From Octopus sinensis (taxonomy: Eukaryota), in contig NC_043011.1 in the NCBI RefSeq assembly GCF_006345805.1, forward strand, positions 51,410,464-51,474,463: a DNA stretch of 64,000 bases, written 5' to 3'. Each line of letters begins with the position of its first letter. Position 1 is the first letter of the stretch. The notes beneath the pieces are model-generated. The model saw only the letters and a list, made by a program, of their open reading frames with translations, searched no databases and had not been told where the DNA came from. A program made the translations under genes and the position numbers. Shown piece by piece: positions 1 through 12,440 of this stretch.

Positions 1-164
1 TGTTTCCAAGCATGGCGATATTTTCCCTTTTTCTTCAAACATGAAACAGTTCAAAGACCAGATGTATTTCCAGGGAAGGTTGCAAACAAACGATACTACT
101 TGTATGACAGTGACCGGTGCTTACAGTTAGCACATAGTGTCTAGACAAGGAGATAAATACACAG

Positions 165-200
<36 letters not shown>

Positions 201-650
201 TAATACATGCACACACATTTATATAGTATGTATAGAATGCATGTAAAGAAAGTGAAACTAAGTACAAGAGATCACAAAAATAGATTAGCAGGTGTAAATA
301 TGTACCTAAAGACATGCACACAACATTACATATGAGTCTGTATGTCCATGCATGTGTGTGCATGAGTGTGTGTGTGTGTGTGAGTATGTGTGTGTGTGTG
401 TGCAGCAAGGTTAGCTAAACAAATAAATAGATAAATGAAAGGAAAGTAGGGTTAATGTTCAGATGGTCAAGTAGATGGAAGTATGAGTGGACAAATGGAT
501 GGTAGGTAAGCAGGTAGATATGGAAATAGATAGAGCTATGGAAAGCAGTTCAATCAGTAGGTTATATATATATAACACACACAAAAATCTACTACATAGG
601 TCACGTGTGTGTATGTGTATATATATATAATTATATACATGAATGTATAA

Positions 651-684
<34 letters not shown>

Positions 685-686
<2 letters not shown>

Positions 687-2162
687 GCAGATGGATAGAT
701 AAACAAATAACCATATAGAGATACAAAGATAAAAAGAAAAGAAATTCTAGACAAGTAGATGATAAATGGATAACCAGATTGAGATAAACAGTGTGACAGA
801 CAGTCAATTCAAAGAATAAAGTGGAAGGGAAAAGAAAACAAAACAAAACAAATCAAGATATCTCCTCCTACTTGGCACCATATTCCCCCTTTTCCCCATC
901 TTCTCAGCAGCAGCAGCAGCACCACCACCACCACCACCACCACCACAGTAACAACAACAACAACATTTGTTACACTACCACCCCCACAATACCAAATATA
1001 ACCATTGTGCCACAACTAAGTCAGCCTCTCCATCAATTGATATCAATTTTTGGAAACGGAAAGCATTTCCAAAGAATTTTTGTTATGGTTTGTTTTTTAC
1101 ATTTCTGTACTTGTTTTTATTTTATTTTTATGTATTTATTTATTTATTTATTTATTTGTAGTTTATTTCCAGAATATTCTGAGATAATGGTAAGTAATAC
1201 AATGTTCCGCTTGTCACGGAGAAGGTGTGATTGTTATGGAGGTATTGGATGAAGTTTATTTTTCCCAGATTTTAGTGTTTGTTTGTTTCGACATAAAATC
1301 ACTTCCAATGTTCTTGTAATTGTTGTTGCGATTGTATAATAGTGGTGGCAAAAGAGAAGAAATCTGACTTGGCTTCTCTCTCTTTCTCTCTGCATGTACA
1401 CACACACACAACACACACACACACACACACACACCACACACACAAGCAGATGGATAGATAAACAAATAACCATATAGAGATACAAAGATAAAAAGAAAAG
1501 AAATTCTAGACAAGTAGATGATAAATGGATAACCAGATTGAGATAAACAGTGTGACAGACAGTCAATTCAAAGAATAAAGTGGAAGGGAAAAGAAAACAA
1601 AACAAAACAAATCAAGATATCTCCTCCTACTTGGCACCATATTCCCCCTTTTCCCCATCTTCTCAGCAGCAGCAGCAGCACACCACCACCACCACCACCA
1701 CCACCACCACAGTAACAACAACAACAACATTTGTTACACTACCACCCCCACAATACCAAATATAACCATTGTGCCACAACTAAGTCAGCCTCTCCATCAA
1801 TTGATATCAATTTTTGGAAACGGAAAGCATTTCCAAAGAATTTTTGTTATGGTTTGTTTTTTACATTTCTGTACTTGTTTTTATTTTATTTTTATGTATT
1901 TATTTATTTATTTATTTATTTGTAGTTTATTTCCAGAATATTCTGAGATAATGGTAAGTAATTACAATGTTCCGCTTGTCACGGAGAAGGTGTGATTGTT
2001 ATGGAGGTATTGGATGAAGTTTATTTTTCCCAGATTTTAGTGTTTGTTTGTTTCGACATAAAATCACTTCCAATGTTCTTGTAATTGTTGTTGCGATTGT
2101 ATAATAGTGGTGGCAAAAGAGAAGAAATCTGACTTGGCTTCTCTCTCTTTCTCTCTGCATGT

Positions 2163-2190
<28 letters not shown>
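685..2190 (+). repeat. Tandem duplication, ~759-bp unit (685-1443 / 1444-2190)
   Basis: aagcagatggatagat at 685 and 1444; near-identical apart from microsatellite lengths and a 1-nt indel; breakpoints in (CA)n. Confidence 0.95.
1162..1189 (+). CDS. Candidate microexon (LFPEYSEIM), duplicated at 1926-1953
   Basis: Long T-rich tract, AG at 1160-61 (alternative AG 1171-72), perfect ATG|gtaagt donor; no partner exons identified. Confidence 0.2.
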
Positions 2191-2194
<4 letters not shown>

Positions 2195-2552
2195 ATACAT
2201 ATCTATACATATAAACACACATGTATACATACAAACACACACATACATATAAAACAGACTGATCGATAGACTACTTTTATTAAACTACTATATAGAAGGC
2301 TACAATATCTAATAATTTATATAATTTGAACTAATGAAGGAGCTTCTATATAGTTCCTAGACCTGCTACAAATAGCAACCAAACCTCTATTAAATCATAC
2401 CCTATCCTCTTAAATATAGGATACACTGGACAATGTATTCAAAGTGGATAGTCATGACTAGAACGACTTCCATGATAATCCTGCTTGATCAGGGTTAACC
2501 TGGTGCTAAACAATATCTATATATTTAACAATATCTCTCTATATATATATAA

Positions 2553-2790
2553 GGCGGCGAGCTGGCAGAAACGTTAGTACGCCGGGCGAAATGCTTAGCC
2601 GTATTTCGTCTGTCGTTACATTCTGAGTTCAAATTCCGCCGAGGTCGACTTTGCCTTTCATCCTCTCAGAGTCGATAAATAAAGTACCAGTTTCGCACTG
2701 GGTCGATGTAATCGACTTAATCCGTTTGTCCGTCCTTGTTTGTCCCCTCTATGTTTAGCCCCTTGTGGGTAGTAAATAAATAAATAAATA
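2553..2790 (+). mobile_element. tRNA-derived SINE with Nin-like domain (family A)
   Basis: ggcggcgagctggcagaa A-box-like head, gagttcaaattcc B-box, central gcctttcatcct...gtcgataaa...agtacc; many copies in window. Confidence 0.85.
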
Positions 2791-2813
2791 TCTATATATT
2801 TAATACTACATAC

Positions 2814-2948
2814 ACTGCGTAGAAGTGCAGTTTCAATTCCTTGTTGATCTACTTCACTTAACTTGCTCCTTGGTTTGGTTTCCTTTACACCTCTCACTTG
2901 CAACATCAGCTTACTGTATTTTGGGATATTGTGTGATACCAGAAAAAA
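2814..2948 (-). CDS. Internal coding exon (45 aa, phase 0-0), resembling the C2 domain of a class I PI3-kinase catalytic subunit (p110-like)
   Basis: T12-AG acceptor, GTATGT donor, 135-nt open frame: FFLVSHNIPKYSKLMLQVRGVKETKPRSKLSEVDQQGIETALLRS. By-eye match to p110gamma C2 strand [22 protein letters not shown], with a same-length (24 aa) following loop. Identity not database-verified; flanking exons not securely found. Confidence 0.5.
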
Positions 2949-3141
2949 CTAAAAAAAAAAAACCTTCCTGTTACTCCCTTGTTGTATGAATGTTTTTTTA
3001 AAGTTCATCCCCCCCCCCCTACTGTTATTGCTTACTCTTTCAAATATATGTAGCTCAAAATGTGGAATTATTTTGGCCAACATACAAAATTGTGAATGTA
3101 CATGCCAAACCCCTGGTTACTTTCAAATATCAGGCATGTGC

Positions 3142-3326
3142 TTAACCTTTTTGATTCCAACATACCTGAGACCATCCTCTGATTCTATCATATAAACTTA
3201 CATTGAAATTCCATGTCCATGTTCCCAAACATCAGCTAAATATCGATAAAGTTATTTTACTATATTCTAAATCAATTGAAACAAAGGTGGTGTGTTTCAA
3301 CAGAAACATGGTAACAGGAGGGTTAA
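3142..3326. mobile_element. TTAA-flanked (piggyBac-like) MITE
   Basis: ttaacctttt...ggagggttaa termini. Confidence 0.75.
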
Positions 3327-4157
3327 CATGTGCCCTGTTCATTTCAGCAGTGGAGTGTCAGTTAATGATATATGAAAGGTGACCTTCTAGAACTCAATTG
3401 TAATAACCAGATGGAGCTCTACAAATGGACATCTTTCCATGTCCACATTAATTAGATACAACTACAACCATGGGATGTGGCACTGATATCATACACCAGA
3501 GAGTTCTCATTGTTTTTGTTAAGCTTAAGTATATGGCCAATTGTTTAACAAGAATCAAATAAATTATTACCAGTATATTACTAGTACATTTTACACACAC
3601 ACACACACACACACAGTGAAACCTTAGTTTACTAATGCCTCTCCTCACAAACAAATTGGTTTACAAACTATCTTTCAAACATAAAACATCTCAGGTAATG
3701 AACGGTGTCTTGAGAAATGAATACACAAGCCAACAACACTGGATGAAGACAAGTTGGGAATATTAGCAGGAGAGCATCAGTTGCAGTCTAGTTTTTGCTC
3801 AGTGCACATTCCTGTTTAAATTCATGCATGCCTTGTCTTGAAGTTCATGAACATTTCGGGTGATGAAAGGCTTTCCGGAATGAATTGAATTTGTAAATCA
3901 GGGCTAAACTCTGTGTATGTATATATATATATATATATATATGGTAATATGTAAAGGTAAGATCCAATGATCAAGGTGTAGGAAGTTAGTAAACATCAAG
4001 CAGTCCATAGAAGCTATAAAAACAACTTTTAGGAACAATAGTGGTTTATTGACATAGAAATTTGTAAATTTTTGTCATATTGAAGTTCAATAAGCTGAAA
4101 AAGAGTTATTTTGTGGTTCACGGTTAGCAACTGGGATTGCTGTGTATGTGAATAAAA

Positions 4158-4330
4158 ATCCAAAATTAGGGAATGGAGTAGATAAAATCCAGGCTACATA
4201 TGTTTCATAGCTAACAGAATGAGTAGCTAGCGGATTGCCCCTCATTTGGGTAATTACTACTTCCAAGGTTCTGCTTGCTATGAAACATATGTAGCCTAGA
4301 TTTTATCTACTCCATTTCCTAATTTTGGAT
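4158..4330. repeat. Long inverted repeat (~62-bp arms, ~50-bp spacer)
   Basis: atccaaaattagggaatggagtagataaaatccaggctacatatgtttcatagc vs gctatgaaacatatgtagcctagattttatctactccatttcctaattttggat. Confidence 0.9.
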
Positions 4331-4349
4331 ATATATATATATATATATC

Positions 4350-4985
4350 AGTGCCATTGGTACCCAGGAATCATGGTTGTTGGCAGTGCCATATAAATGG
4401 CACCCATGAGTTGTGCATCAGTCATGGTTGTTACCAATGCCATGTAAATGGAACCCACCTGTGAATCGCAGTCATGGTTATTGCCGGTGTCATGTAAATG
4501 GCACCCACTCATGAATTGTAGTTGTAGACATTGATGGTACCATGTAGATGGTACCTGCCCATGAATTGTAGTTGTGGTCATTGATGGTACCATGTAAATG
4601 GCACCCACCCATAATTGTAGTTGTAGACATTGATGGTACCATGTAGATGGTACCTGCCCATGAATTGTAGTTGTGGTCATTGATGGTACCATGTAAATGG
4701 CACCCACCCATAATTGTAGTTGTAGATATTGATGGTACCATGTAGATGGTACCTGCCCATGAATTGTAGTTGTGGTCATTGCCGATGACACGTAAATGGC
4801 ACCAGTGCTGGCTGCACGTAAAAGCATCAATTATACTCCTGGAGTGGTTGGTGTTAGGAATGGTATCCAACTGTAGAAACCATGCCAAATCAGACTGAAA
4901 CCTGGTGCAACCCTGTGGCTCATCAGCTCCTTTCAAACTGTCTAACACATGTCAGCACGAAGAGTTAATGATGATGATGTGATGA
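4350..4985 (+). mobile_element. Diverged family B element with expanded internal array
   Basis: Same ggagtggttggtgttaggaa core and (gat)n tail; units ending cgtaaatggcacc. Confidence 0.7.
4485..4800 (+). repeat. Higher-order minisatellite (50+49-bp alternating units, 99-bp period) inside an RTE-related element
   Basis: gtagttgtagacattgatggtaccatgtagatggtacctgcccatgaatt alternating with gtagttgtggtcattgatggtaccatgtaaatggcacccacccataatt. Confidence 0.9.
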
Positions 4986-5020
4986 TGACATATATATATA
5001 TATATATAAATATATATATG

Positions 5021-5350
5021 GCCCCTGTGCCGGTGGCACGTAAAAAGCACCATCCGATTGTGGCCATTGCCAGCCTGGCCTGGCCCCTGTGCCAGTGGCA
5101 CGTAAAAAGCACCATCCATCCGTGGCCGTTTGCCAGCTCCGTCTGGCACCTGTGCGGGTGGCACGTAAAAAGCACCCACTACACTCACGGAGTGGTTGGC
5201 GTTAGGAAGGGCATCCAGCCGTAGAAACACTCCCAGATCAGACTGGGCCTGATGCAGCCTTCTGGCTTCACAGACCCCAGTTGAACCGTCCAACCCATGC
5301 TAGCATGGAAAGCGGATGCTAAATGATGATGATGATGATAATGATGATGA
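5021..5350 (+). mobile_element. RTE-related bipartite non-autonomous element (family B)
   Basis: Tandem gtgccggtggcacgtaaaaagcacc units, ggttggcgttaggaagggcatcc (RTE 5'UTR-like), ccatgctagcatggaaagcggatgctaaa(tga)n tail. Confidence 0.85.
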
Positions 5351-5357
5351 TATATAT

Positions 5358-5390
<33 letters not shown>

Positions 5391-5709
5391 CATTGTATCA
5401 CTTTATCAACCAGACTATCAGGTGTTAGTATACACTGCAGGTCACAATGTGTTTCCATGCCACATGACTGTTAGGTGGGCAGGCCAACAATATCCCCGAA
5501 CAGAACACAAGTCTGGTACAGAGTTACCCAGTCACAGCTAAGTGGACTGGAGTTTAAGAACACAATACACTGTCAGTCAGGGAATTGAAACTGTAATCTT
5601 GCAACTGTGAGTACAACTCCCTGACCCCAAAGCCATGTGCCTTCGTACACATTCATTCACATTCTCTCTCTCTCTCTCTCTCTCACACATACATAGAATA
5701 TATATCTGC

Positions 5710-5878
5710 TAATTCCTTTACCATATGGCATCACAGGGTAAAAACAGAATTTTTTAATGCCAAAACCTGAAGAAGACTTTGCAAAAACTAAGATAATGTT
5801 CTTGAGAAAGTTATAATCACCACTCAGAATATAGTCAGTAATGTTCTTCCCAACCAGCAAGATATTTATTACAAACAT
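5710..5878 (-). CDS. Weak candidate coding exon
   Basis: gtgtag|ATG...TATG|gtaaag with open frame MFVINILLVGKNITDYILSGDYNFLKNIILVFAKSSSGFGIKKFCFYPVMPY; acceptor lacks a good pyrimidine tract; no family recognised. Confidence 0.15.
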
Positions 5879-6379
5879 CTACACACACCCCCATACTCTA
5901 TACATCACTGGTGATTTAGTATTCCTCATGTCAGACCATTAAATCCTCTGTATTCAGAACTAACATTTCTATTGCTAAAAGCAAAAAACTGGAAGATTTA
6001 GAGACAATCTTTGCCTTTGTATTGTATACATCTTGTATGAACAAAACAATCAGAAAGTGGCTAAGATCAAACATATAATACTTAACACTAGATTCTGTTC
6101 ATATTTTTATATTTTTGCTTTACCATTAATCCGAGTTATCTGTTTTATCTTCTGTATTTTTAACTTCTCTCCTTTATCAAGCCATATTCCAATATATCTA
6201 TTATCATGTTACTGCACATGGTAATAAAAGAAAAATTCTATTCTTTTTTTATTGGAAATGAAATATAAATAGTTATGTAGTGAATTTTGGATACCATAAC
6301 AATGCTTAGATTCACTCTCCACTGTTACAGGCATCTGTACTCCCACCACGCCACCAACAAACCTGAATAGTAATTGTTT

Positions 6380-6730
6380 GTTTCTAACATAGATATTAAG
6401 CCTGAAATTTCGAGGAAGGGCTAATCAATTAAATTGACAACAGCACTTGAATGATACTTTATGTTATCAACCCTGGAAAAATAAAAGGCAAAGTTGACCA
6501 TGGCAAGATTTGAACTCAGAACACTAAGAGCCAGAACAAATGCTGCAAAACATTTTACCTTATGTGCTAATAACTCACTCAACCACCCACCCCAAATTTT
6601 AGCACAAGGCCAGTGATTTTAAGTGTGGGGGTTAGTTGATTATATCAACTCCAGTAATTACTGGTATGTTATTTTATCAACATGGAAGGGATCAAGAAAA
6701 TATGCAAAACATTTTGTCTGATGCACTAAA
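6380..6730 (-). mobile_element. Two diverged SINE family A fragments
   Basis: aaggcaaagttgacc...atttgaactcagaac; aaattttagcacaaggcc tail. Confidence 0.6.
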
Positions 6731-6759
6731 GATTTGGCCAGCGCATCACATTTTGAATA

Positions 6760-6794
<35 letters not shown>

Positions 6795-8099
6795 AATCCC
6801 CTGGGATTTCCCAATCCAAACAGATCAGGTGCTAGAGCATAACAGACTTAATGGTGGTTGACAAGATGGCTTTTTATGTTCTGATTCAAATCCTGGCAAG
6901 GTCAACTGTACATTTTATCCTCTCACAGTCAATAAAATAATGCACCGGTCAAGTACTGGGGCTGGTGGCACCAACTAAGCCTGTATTCTCAAAATTATGG
7001 GTCTTGTGCCTAAATCAGAAACCACATTCTAGAGATAGTACAAAGGTCAGACACAAGATCAAATTACAATAGTTATACACCGGTAATTGACCAGTTGAAT
7101 GTAATACTGATTAATCTAGTTCAGCAGTTGTTATTGTGGTTTAACTCTGGAACCACCCTAATCAAGAACCAGATATATTAAGGACAAAGGAAAGAAACCA
7201 AAAATCTGCATAAATATTTTTAAAACATTTACTATAGAGACTGGTATGCTCCTTAATAACAATAATAAGAATAATAATAATAGGTTATTTTTGTCAGATA
7301 CTGTGAGATTTGAAACCAGATTCTTTGTCATCATTAATTGTGAACTCAACTGAGGAATTATATTTCTGACTGTCTGAAATGCTTGCAAATGTTTAAGGCT
7401 TTTATTAAAAATTCTACAGCAAAAGATCATTTTGATTATTTGATATTGCTTGTTGTTTCAACAAGAGTGGGTTGATTATCTTTTCATTGTCAGAATTCAT
7501 AAAGATGAAGAAGAAACACACATATGTATGAATAGAAAGAGGGGGAGAGGAGAGAGAGTGAGAGAGAGAGAGAGAGAGAGAGGGGGGGATTGGAAAGAAA
7601 AAGAGAAACTAAACAAACTTCCAAAGGGAGAGGAACTCATAGCAGCAATCTTATAATGCTTTGTCACACATATTTCAACAAGAGGATGACAAAAAAAGAA
7701 AAGTAAAAGTAAAGTAAAGTAAATAATTAAAGATGCAAAAACAAAAACAAAACAATCACAGATATGAAAATACAAAACAAGCTGGAAATGACACAAAGAG
7801 ACAAAGCGACATTACTAGAATGAAAGAATGGAAGAGAAAGACACAGAGTTTTGTGGGAAGGATTTTCAAAAGAATTATTGATTTTTCGTGTGAAATATTT
7901 CATTGAGAATGACTGGCAATCACTTAAAATGATTAGATTAATGAAATTGTGACCAGAAAAGATTGGATGTTAATTAGATTTCTTTGAAGTAAAAATAACA
8001 ATGGCCAAGAAGAGTTTCACAAGGAAACTTTGACATGACGAAAGACCTAAAGCAGAAGTTGAGGAGATGAAGACTTCTTGGAAAGAAATCAATGACTTA

Positions 8100-8235
<136 letters not shown>

Positions 8236-8456
8236 TATTAAACAGGCTATTATTGTTGTTGTTGTTACAGCTGTTGCTGTAGTTGTTATTATTGTATTAC
8301 ACCTGGGGAAGGGAGAAGACAGAGCAGTTCTTACTTAATAGATAAAATAGATAGATAACACGGCAAACTATGTTGAGTGGAATTATGAAATATCTGATAT
8401 GTTAGAGTTATTAACACAATATCCATCTATATTCATTTTCACTAATAATGATGATG

Positions 8457-8510
<54 letters not shown>

Positions 8511-8513
<3 letters not shown>

Positions 8514-9065
8514 GCCCTGATGCAGTACCAGGCAGTGGCTCTCATGGCTTCTGATCTTAACTGATTGGAAGTGTTATCATGTACATTGTTTTGTCTCGGT
8601 ATAAAAGATGGGCTACAGCAAATATTCTGCTCAATACCACAGATTTGCTTGTCAGTTGTTTGACCTTAACCAGTTGAGCATGTCCCTTAGTGGCTGACGA
8701 TATGTGCATCTCTGATCACGAGCAGAAGTAGTGGGGGAGCATCATAGCCATGTGTTGAGAGGGATGCTTTGGGGTTTGAATAGTTCACCTCTGGAAACAT
8801 GGGTGTTTCGTTCAACATCCTTAAACAAACCTTATTCGGGGACCGTTTGAGCGGGATGGGCTACTCAACCTGAAGAAAATTCAAACTGGGCCCCACCTGC
8901 AAGGTCATGTGCTGTTTATCTTGATATGAGATCACCATGTCGCGCACATATGGTTGTGATGCATGTGCCTGGTGTACCTTTATCAGACGGGTAGTCATGA
9001 TGGGTATATTGGGCTTCGTATATTTTACCCCAGTGTCACTTTGATGGCATGAACTGCTCTCTCAC
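8511..9065. mobile_element. ~555-bp undecayed-looking element embedded in (AAT)n
   Basis: GC-richer, CpG-retaining block flanked on both sides by (AAT)n, abutting R4/Dong remnants; only one copy in window. Confidence 0.5.
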
Positions 9066-9084
9066 TCAATAATAATAATAATAA

Positions 9085-9335
9085 TAAAGCAGAAGGTGAC
9101 TCTGAGAATATTAAGTATAAGATCTTATGGCATTTTAATATTGACTGTAACTCAGTGATTGATGCTCGGAGACTAGGCATTGTTGTAGTGGATAAAAGGA
9201 TGAAGGAAACCAAGTTTATAGGTATTGCCATACCTGGAGGTGTATGAGTGGGAGACAAAGTTCTAGAAAAGACTGAAAAGTGCAAGCCACTAAAAGATGA
9301 AATTGCATGAATGTGGGCAATGAAGAAAGTAACAT
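9085..9335 (+). mobile_element. R4/Dong-clade non-LTR retrotransposon, restriction-like endonuclease fragment
   Basis: YKILWHFNIDCNSVIDARRLGIVVVDKRMKETKFIGIAIPG..GDKVLEKTEKCKPLKDEIA*MWAMKKV. Confidence 0.85.
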
Positions 9336-9416
9336 GATGCTGTCTGCTCTCACAGAATTAACCAGAGTAAGATTGAGAGCACTGACAAATAAAATATAAT
9401 GATGATGATGATGATG

Positions 9417-9466
<50 letters not shown>

Positions 9467-9469
9467 CTT

Positions 9470-9650
9470 TTCTACTTTAGGCTCAAGGCCTGAAATTTTG
9501 GGGGAGGGGGCCAGTCGATTTGATTTACTCCAGTACGCAACTGGTACTTAATTTATCGACCCCTAAAGGATGAAAGGCAAAGTTGACCTTGGTGAAATTT
9601 GAACTCAGAACATAAAAGACAGACAAAATATTGCTAAGCTCAGAAAATAT
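9470..9650 (-). mobile_element. SINE family A (partial)
   Basis: ggtacttaatttatcgacccctaaaggatgaaaggcaaagttgacc = reverse complement of Nin-like block. Confidence 0.75.
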
Positions 9651-9855
9651 AAAGACTTGCTAATCAAAATCAAAAAGATGTGGCACCTCAAGATGGTTAC
9701 AATATCAGTGATTGTAGGAGCACTTGGAATGATCAAAAAAAGGAACTGAAAATCATTTAAGAATGATCCCTGGCTTACCATCCATGCAGGAAGTGCAAAA
9801 GATTGTCTTAACTGGTACAGCACATGTATTGAGAAGAGCATCATTGCTGTGAATT
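9640..9855 (+). mobile_element. R4/Dong-clade RLE C-terminal fragment
   Basis: KYKDLLIKIKKMWHLKMVTISVIVGALGMIK...QEVQKIVLTGTAHVLRR. Confidence 0.85.
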
Positions 9856-10289
9856 CCCCCCCCACCCTTATTTTATTTGTTTACATTTCTATTTTTTATT
9901 TTTTCTTTTTCCTCTCTGTCTTCCCCTTTTTCTCTATCACATGACTCTGTAAATGAACAATCTGGTGTGTTTGTTTTAATGGCCTACCAATGAATACAGT
10001 ACGTTTCTCTGCCCTAGGTGTCAGGAAGACACTTGGCAAGAAATAGAAACAGAATTGAAAGAAAATGCTAAAGAAAATAATGATAACAATAATAGTTTCT
10101 ATTTAAGGCACAAAACCAGCAATTTCAATGGCAAGGAGTTAGTCGATCCCACCAACCCAAGTATCTGATGAAAAGCAAAGTGATTTTAGTGAGACTTGAA
10201 CATAGGACATAAAGAGTTTGAAGAAATTTTGTAAGGCATTTTATCTGATATTCTGACAATTCTGTCAATCAATTAATCAATCAATCAAC

Positions 10290-10641
10290 AATAATCATTT
10301 CTTCTATAGGCATGAGATCTGAAATTTAAGAAGAGGGAGCGAGTAGATTACATCAGTCTCAGTGCCCAACTGGTGTTTATTTCATCAACCCCGAAGGGAT
10401 GAAAGCAAAGTTGACCGAGGTAGATTTTGAACTTTGAATGTAGAGCTGGAAGAAGTACTACAAAGTATTTTGTTTAGTGTGCTAACAATTCAGCCAGCTT
10501 GCCATCTTACTAATGGTTTCAAATTTTGGCACAAGGCCAGCAATTTCAGGATATGGGTAAGTTAATTACAGCAACCCTTGAATTCAACTAGTACCTATTT
10601 AATTGACCCCAAAAGGATGAAAAGTAAAGTTGACCTCAGAG

Positions 10642-10702
<61 letters not shown>

Positions 10703-11110
10703 CCTTTCTACTTTAGGTGCAAGGCCTAATAATAACGATAATAATAAGTTCTGTCATGTGCACAAGGTGAGAAATTTGGCATGTAGGGGACAGTATATTT
10801 GGTGCACCCCAGTAGTTGACTGGGGTTTTATTTTATCAAACACAGAAGGATGAAAGGTAAATTTGATTCCAACAGTGTTTGAATTCAGAGCAAAAAAAAA
10901 AAAAAAAAGCCAGAACAATTTTGTCAATCCCCCATACTAGCAACAACAACAATGATTATTTCTGATACATCAGGATTAAATTAACTCCAGCACTTGACTG
11001 GGGTTTTATTCTACTGATTCCAGAAGGATGAAGGGCAAAGTTGAACTTGGCAGTATTTGAACTGAGAACTTCAAGACATGTAACTAAACACTGCATGCAT
11101 TTAATCAAGC
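10290..11110 (-). mobile_element. Cluster of four diverged SINE family A copies
   Basis: Repeated ggatgaaag(g)caaagttgac...gaatttgaactcag blocks. Confidence 0.7.
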
Positions 11111-11199
11111 ACTCTATGGATTCGATTCTTCCATCCACCACTTTCCTCCCTCCCTCCCTCCCTTCCTTCCATGCTGTTACTACTGCTGCTTCTACCCCC

Positions 11200-11690
11200 C
11201 TCTCCCAACATGGCCACCACCACCTCCGCCGCCGCCACCATGACCACCACCATCACCGCCGCCATCACCACCACCATCATCATTCTCATCAATAGCTGGG
11301 AATGCTATCATCCACAGATGTTGTTTATAATCACTAAATACATTCTGCTCTTTAATATAATTATCTAATGTCACTGCTATCAACACAATCATCAAACAAA
11401 CATCATCGTTGTCATCACCACCACCAGTGTCATCACCAGCTTCCTTGCCAAACTTCCCTGCTGCCACCACTACCACCACCACTTTTGCAGCAACCGTAAC
11501 CATTAATATTACAACCACCACAATCCTCATCAATGCTGCTACCATTACCACCACCACTACCACCACCACCACTACCGCCGCTGCTGCCACCACCACCGCC
11601 ACCACCACCACCACAACAACCACCACCACCACCGCCACCACCGCCACCACCACCACCACCACCGCTGCTGCTACTGGTACATTCCTCCCA
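11200..11690. repeat. (ACC)n-rich triplet low-complexity tract
   Basis: Source of poly-T/V/P ORFs; similar tract at 23995-24480. Confidence 0.9.
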
Positions 11691-12233
11691 TCAACATTGT
11701 CGTTACCATGGCAGTACACAAACTTCATCGTAAAACTTCTTCCTTATCCAATTTGATATTCCGATATATAACATAGCATTCTCCAGGAATCAACAAGGCA
11801 GCCTCTATGTTCTCAGTCAAAATACAAAAAAATAACAGCCAGTCAGATATTCTTTCAATTATATCCAACTGTCTTATTAAAAAAAAAAGAGAGGACACAT
11901 CAAAAAAAGATGAGATGGCCATTGTTGAATTACCATTGATCATAAGCCTACACAATCACGGGCCGACAAGTAGCTAAACAACAACACCCCCACCTCTGCC
12001 ATAAACAAACAAGAAATCCTCTATATCCATAAGGGGTAACATGTGGCCCACAGGGTTTACTGACGGGCACACCTAATGAAAAATTACCTTGAATTTTTGT
12101 AATAGTGTGACAAACCTGATAATGAGCCATGCATGTCTCATGCAGCCCACTTTTTGAAAAAGGTGCCCCATGCCTATATAGGCACTCAATGGCTAGAGAT
12201 AGCAGTCAAATCTTCCAATTAATGCCAAAAGTT

Positions 12234-12440
12234 TTAATCCTTTAGTATTTAAATTGGCAATATATGGCCCTAAATTCTTCCTGTTTTATGTTTAAATCAG
12301 CTAGATCTGGCCCCTCACACCAACCCTACAATGTCATTCTAAAATTAAGCAATCACATAATCAAAATCTCAAAGCTACAAAATAATGCATGATAAATACG
12401 CATTACATTTGACAGAATAACCTGAATTCTAAAGGGTTAA
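12234..12440. mobile_element. Second TTAA MITE family
   Basis: ttaatcctttagtattt...aattctaaagggttaa. Confidence 0.75.

Noticed and set aside
2553-2640. tRNA-like A/B boxes in SINE heads
   Set aside because: No complete cloverleaf; they continue into SINE bodies, so not tRNA genes.
3199-3236. Apparent small exon with gtaagt donor (minus strand)
   Set aside because: Lies inside a TTAA MITE.
4348-4948. 160-aa and 152-aa repetitive ORFs, superficially repeat proteins or a CRISPR-like array
   Set aside because: Contiguous 99-bp minisatellite with no unique spacers, inside a retroelement.
11192-11756. Poly-Thr/Val/Pro ORFs (also 23839-24353, 12849-13394, 32001-32291)
   Set aside because: Triplet microsatellites open in several frames on both strands.
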